Below, piece after piece: positions 59,944 to 64,000 of a stretch of 64,000 bases of DNA (position 1 is its first letter; each line of letters starts with the position of its first letter). Made by a program: the position numbers and the translations under genes. The stretch is from a virus. Where the stretch lies: IMG/VR virus record IMGVR_UViG_3300028376_000003, positions 77,528-141,527 of that record; one strand, 5' to 3'. The notes beneath the pieces were generated by a model. It searched no databases, was not told the DNA's origin, and saw only the letters and a list, made by a program, of their open reading frames with translations.

Positions 59944-61752
59944 ATGCGAGAACTAATAGAAAAAAAGACATGCAATATAGGATCATTGTGTAGCTTTTTG
60001 AATAAAAGTGAGAATTTTTTGTATTTAAAACACATAAATGACTCACTTGGTAAATCATTTATGGATATTCCCTTAACAACATCAGAAAAAATATATTATT
60101 ATATAAATAGAATTAATATACCGAATCTATGTTTTTGTGGACAAAGAACTAAGTTCATAGGCTTTAAAAATGGACATAGAAAAACATGTGGTTCTAAAGA
60201 ATGTGTAGTTATATCAAGAAAAAATACTTGTATAGATAAATATGGTGTAGACAATCCCAAGAAGTCAAAAGAGATAAAAGATAAAGAACAATATAAGATT
60301 AAAGAGAAATGGGATGGTAAGCATTATATGCACAATAATGATGTTAAGGCTAAATTTAACTCCACTATGGATGATAGGTATGGTGTTAAATGGGCTCAGC
60401 AATCAAATCTAATATCTAAGAAAAGCATAAGTACCTTTTCACACAACACAGATAGAGAGGATATAATTAGAACAAGGGCAAATTCTAATAAGGACAAATC
60501 ATTAGATGAAAAGAAGTTAATAGATGAAAAGAAGAAGAAAACACTAGAAGAAAATTGGGGTAGTATATCATTATTTAATGACTATAGGAATGAGAAGATA
60601 AAAGAATCATCAATGAAAAAATGGGGAGTTGACCATCACTTTAAGGCAAATACAATAGCTAAAAAAAGAATTGATTCTTATAATAATACACAAATGAAAA
60701 GCCTTATAGATTCTTTACCAAAAGAAGTATCCTTTATATCAAAGAAGCAAAATAATAACAATACTGATACTGTGTTTAAGCTAGTGTGTGAAACATGTGA
60801 TAAGCATTTTAGTATAAATAGACAACTTATGTGGTTTCGTATTAATTCAAATAGTGGAGTATGTGTATATTGTAATCCTATATCTAGTGGTAAATCTAAT
60901 AAAGAGCTAGAAGTATTAGACTTTATAAAAAGCATATACAAGGAAAAGATTGTTTCAAATGCTAGGAATATTATATCAAAGGAGTTAGACATATATATAC
61001 CTTCTTTAAAAATAGCATTTGAGTTTAATGGACTTTACTGGCATAGTGATTTGTTTAAGACCAAGAGTTACCATTTAGACAAAAGTAAAGAGTGTGAAGA
61101 TGTTGATATTCAATTAATACACATTTGGGAAGATGATTGGGATTATAAGAAAGATATTGTAAAATCTATTATATCTTATAAGTTAAATAAATCAGATAGG
61201 ATATTTGCTAGAAAGTGTGTTATTAAAGAGATAAAAGATAACTCTATAGTTAAGAAGTTTTTATTAGACAATCATATACAGGGATTTGTTGGTTCTAGAG
61301 TTAAAATAGGCTTATTTTTTGAGAAAGAACTAGTTAGTTTAATAAGTTTTGGTAGCCTTAGAAAATCTTTAGGTCATAAATCCTCTGCAAATAGATGGGA
61401 GTTATTAAGGTTCTGTAATAAGATAAATACATCTGTTATAGGTGGTGCATCTAAGTTATTTAATTTCTTCATAAAGAATTATAATCCAGAATATGTAATG
61501 AGTTATAGTGATTCGTCTAGGGGAAAGGGAAATCTGTATGATGTATTAAAATTTAAGAGAAATCATCAAACTGTACCTAATTATTACTGGGTTATTGATG
61601 GTATAAAAACACATAGGTTTAACTGGAGGAAGGACAAGCTTGTTAAAATGGGGTATAGTTCAGATAAAACAGAAATAGAAATAATGAATGAAATTGGATA
61701 TTATAGAATTTTTGATTGTGGATCTTGTAGATGGGACTGGTTGGGTAAATAA
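59944..61752 (+). CDS. Homing-endonuclease-like protein, paralog of 52495..54234
   Basis: YGVDNP repeats, ELDIYIP...FEFNGLYWH, IHIWEDDW, RFCNK, IFDCG. Confidence 0.75.
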   Translation: MRELIEKKTCNIGSLCSFLNKSENFLYLKHINDSLGKSFMDIPLTTSEKIYYYINRINIPNLCFCGQRTKFIGFKNGHRKTCGSKECVVISRKNTCIDKYGVDNPKKSKEIKDKEQYKIKEKWDGKHYMHNNDVKAKFNSTMDDRYGVKWAQQSNLISKKSISTFSHNTDREDIIRTRANSNKDKSLDEKKLIDEKKKKTLEENWGSISLFNDYRNEKIKESSMKKWGVDHHFKANTIAKKRIDSYNNTQMKSLIDSLPKEVSFISKKQNNNNTDTVFKLVCETCDKHFSINRQLMWFRINSNSGVCVYCNPISSGKSNKELEVLDFIKSIYKEKIVSNARNIISKELDIYIPSLKIAFEFNGLYWHSDLFKTKSYHLDKSKECEDVDIQLIHIWEDDWDYKKDIVKSIISYKLNKSDRIFARKCVIKEIKDNSIVKKFLLDNHIQGFVGSRVKIGLFFEKELVSLISFGSLRKSLGHKSSANRWELLRFCNKINTSVIGGASKLFNFFIKNYNPEYVMSYSDSSRGKGNLYDVLKFKRNHQTVPNYYWVIDGIKTHRFNWRKDKLVKMGYSSDKTEIEIMNEIGYYRIFDCGSCRWDWLGK

Positions 61753-61756
61753 AGCA

Positions 61757-62398
61757 TTATCTTAACTTCATTTTAATAAATGTCATAACAATATTTTCTT
61801 TTGTTTTATTATCCTCTGTATTAAACCATTTCCAGGTAAAGGTAGATTCCAAAAATACTGTTTTATCTCGATAAGAATCTATTACTCCTAACATGTTATC
61901 CTTATCACTTTCATCTAGGCTATAATTTATATCTAACCCATCACATATTCTATACATAGCTATTCTATCCTTATCTTTATATGCAACAGTAGCATTTATA
62001 TACGTATTATTTTTTTTCTTATCTTTAACTTTATCTGGATGTGTTATTTTAGCAATAGACCTATATAATTGTTTTAACTTTATATCACCATCCACTTTTC
62101 CAACAGACTCTTCAATGCTTTCCTTCTCTTCCTTATTATCATCATTCTTTTCACTTTCTTGTGATATTTCATTTTTAAGTTCTTTTATTTTATTTTCTAA
62201 GTCTTTATTTAGAGCTTGTTCTAATTTATTGTTATATGCTTTTTTAAGACTAGGATTATCTTCTAGAACATCATCAATAGCTTTTGTGAATAAATCATCA
62301 GAATTTGAGACTATTTCGGATACATAATTATAGTTTTCTTCTATATAATCTAACTCTTTTATAAGTTTTTTCAATTCTAACTCTTTAATTCTATCCAT
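61757..62398 (-). CDS. J-domain-like co-chaperone
   Basis: LYRSIAKITHPDK; likely start MDRIKELE. Confidence 0.65.
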   Translation of the reverse strand: MDRIKELELKKLIKELDYIEENYNYVSEIVSNSDDLFTKAIDDVLEDNPSLKKAYNNKLEQALNKDLENKIKELKNEISQESEKNDDNKEEKESIEESVGKVDGDIKLKQLYRSIAKITHPDKVKDKKKNNTYINATVAYKDKDRIAMYRICDGLDINYSLDESDKDNMLGVIDSYRDKTVFLESTFTWKWFNTEDNKTKENIVMTFIKMKLR

Positions 62399-62487
62399 TG
62401 GGTGGTGGTTACCTTTATATTTATATATTATAAGAAACATGTTTTGTTTATATTTTAATACATAATATACAAATTAATATATACTCT

Positions 62488-63099
62488 ATGAAACATATAA
62501 AACCTTATAAGATATTCGAGAGTGCTAGTACTAACTTCCCAACTACAAAAGAGGAAGTTATAGAAGTGTGTGAAAAGTATGATATAAGAAAATACACTAT
62601 TAATGATGATTTAAGTATTGATGTTAATGGTGGTGTTTTTTTGCGTAATAAAAAATTAGAATACTTACCACTTAGATTTAATTATGTGAGTGGTAGTTTT
62701 AATTGTTCTTATAATCGTAAATTAAGATCATTAAAAGGTAGTCCACAAACAGTATCTGGTGATTTTTATTGTAACAGTAGTGGATTAAAAACATTAGAAG
62801 GTTGTCCGCAAACAGTAGGTGGGGATTTTAATTGTTATAGTAATGAATTAAAATCATTAGAAGGTAGTCCACAAACAGTAGGTGATGGTATAAATATAGA
62901 GGAAAACACAGTAAATTTATTAGTGTATACCTTTATTGAAAATGCTGATAGCTTTATGATAGAAGATTTTAACGACTATGAAATAGTTAGAAATAGAGAT
63001 ACTGTTATGTTAGATAGACTACAAACTTTCATTAGAGATAATGATTTAGAAATGCCTGATTTGGAAAAAATTAAAAAACACTATAAAATAATAGAATAA
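62488..63099 (+). CDS. LRR-like repeat protein, paralog 1
   Basis: 22-aa LxSLEGSPQTVxGxFxCxxN repeats; MKHIKPYKIFE N-terminus. Confidence 0.75.
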   Translation: MKHIKPYKIFESASTNFPTTKEEVIEVCEKYDIRKYTINDDLSIDVNGGVFLRNKKLEYLPLRFNYVSGSFNCSYNRKLRSLKGSPQTVSGDFYCNSSGLKTLEGCPQTVGGDFNCYSNELKSLEGSPQTVGDGINIEENTVNLLVYTFIENADSFMIEDFNDYEIVRNRDTVMLDRLQTFIRDNDLEMPDLEKIKKHYKIIE

Positions 63100-63101
63100 A
63101 A

Positions 63102-63896
63102 ATGAAACATATAAAACCCTATAAGATATTCGAGAGTACGAGTCCTAACTTCCCAACTACTAGAGAGGGAGTTATACAAGTGTGTAAAAGGTATGAAATA
63201 AAGAACTATACCATTAATGATGATTTAAGTATTGATGTTAATGGTGGTGTTGAATTATATGGCGAAGGCTTAGAATATCTACCGCTTAAATTTAACTACG
63301 TAAGTGGTGTATTTTACTGTTCATATAATAAATTAAAATCGTTAGAAGGTAGTCCAAAAACATTAAATGGTCGTTTTAGTTGTTCTAATAATAATTTAGA
63401 ATCATTAGAAGGTAGTCCGCAAACAGTAGGTGGGGATTTTAAATGTTCTTCTAATGGATTAAAATCATTAGAAGGTAGCCCACGAACAATAAATGGTCGT
63501 TTTAGTTGTTCTAATAATGAATTAAAAACATTAAAGGGTAGTCCACAAACAGTAAATGGTGATTTTAATTGCTTTAACAATAAACTAGAATCATTAGAAG
63601 GTAGTCCACAAACAGTAAATGGGAATTTTCTTTGTTTTAATAATGAATTAAAAGACTTAGAATACTTCCCAGAGGTAAATGGGATTATATATATAAAGAA
63701 AAACACAGTAAATTTATTAGTGTATACCTTTATTGAAAATGCTGATAGCTTTATGATAGAAGATTTTAACGACTATGAAATAGTTAGAAATAGAGATACT
63801 GTTATGTTAGATAGACTCCAAACTTTCATTAGAGATAATGATTTAGAAATGCCTGATTTGGAAAAAATTAAAAAACACTATAAAATAATAGAATAG
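63102..63896 (+). CDS. LRR-like repeat protein, paralog 2
   Basis: More repeat units; 3' end nearly identical to paralog 1. Confidence 0.75.
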   Translation: MKHIKPYKIFESTSPNFPTTREGVIQVCKRYEIKNYTINDDLSIDVNGGVELYGEGLEYLPLKFNYVSGVFYCSYNKLKSLEGSPKTLNGRFSCSNNNLESLEGSPQTVGGDFKCSSNGLKSLEGSPRTINGRFSCSNNELKTLKGSPQTVNGDFNCFNNKLESLEGSPQTVNGNFLCFNNELKDLEYFPEVNGIIYIKKNTVNLLVYTFIENADSFMIEDFNDYEIVRNRDTVMLDRLQTFIRDNDLEMPDLEKIKKHYKIIE

Positions 63897-63898
63897 AA

Positions 63899-64000
63899 AT
63901 GAAACATATAAAACCCTATAAAATATTCGAGAATAAAAGTCCTAACTTCCCAACTACAAGAGAAGAAGTTATACAAGTGTGTGAAAAGTATGAAATAAAT
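63899..64000 (+). CDS. LRR-like repeat protein, paralog 3 (truncated by the window edge)
   Basis: MKHIKPYKIFENKSPNFPTTREEVIQVCEKYEI. Confidence 0.75.
   Translation, partial: MKHIKPYKIFENKSPNFPTTREEVIQVCEKYEIN

Noticed and set aside
1-64000. Genome-wide stop-codon reassignment
   Set aside because: Conserved genes are full length in code 11 and several end at TAG or TGA at expected positions (e.g. nrdB, SSB, clpC).
62488-64000. Diversity-generating retroelement
   Set aside because: No reverse transcriptase here, and the near-identical 3' blocks do not show many adenine-specific differences.

Overview
AT-rich window from a large T4-related jumbo phage, probably infecting a Bacteroidota host (TAnnTTTG-type promoters, A-rich starts without Shine-Dalgarno sites). 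It encodes virion proteins (gp13- and gp14-like neck proteins, putative head-internal proteins), replication and nucleotide enzymes (NAD ligase, gp32-like SSB, NrdB, GMP reductase/IMPDH-family enzyme, exonucleases, two DNA methyltransferases) and host-like regulators (ECF sigma, NusA, SmpB, ClpC, (p)ppGpp hydrolase, J-domain protein). It also carries an endolysin, homing endonucleases, a truncated IS605-family tnpB, 24 tRNA genes plus one pseudo-tRNA, and a compact CRISPR-Cas locus (Cas7fv-like, Cas5-like, Cas6, 23-repeat array, Cas3; no Cas8, Cas1 or Cas2 seen). Main finding: each of four tRNA arrays sits behind a short leader ORF enriched in exactly the codons its tRNAs read, followed by an intrinsic terminator, with a competing antiterminator segment inside the leader. 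This looks like ribosome-mediated attenuation that expresses phage tRNAs on demand. Other leads: two tRNAs with a rearranged D-loop, a small RNA complementary to 23S rRNA helix 69-70, a boxA-like insertion inside the CRISPR array, and two recurring peptide tags. All family assignments were made by eye; no searches were run.
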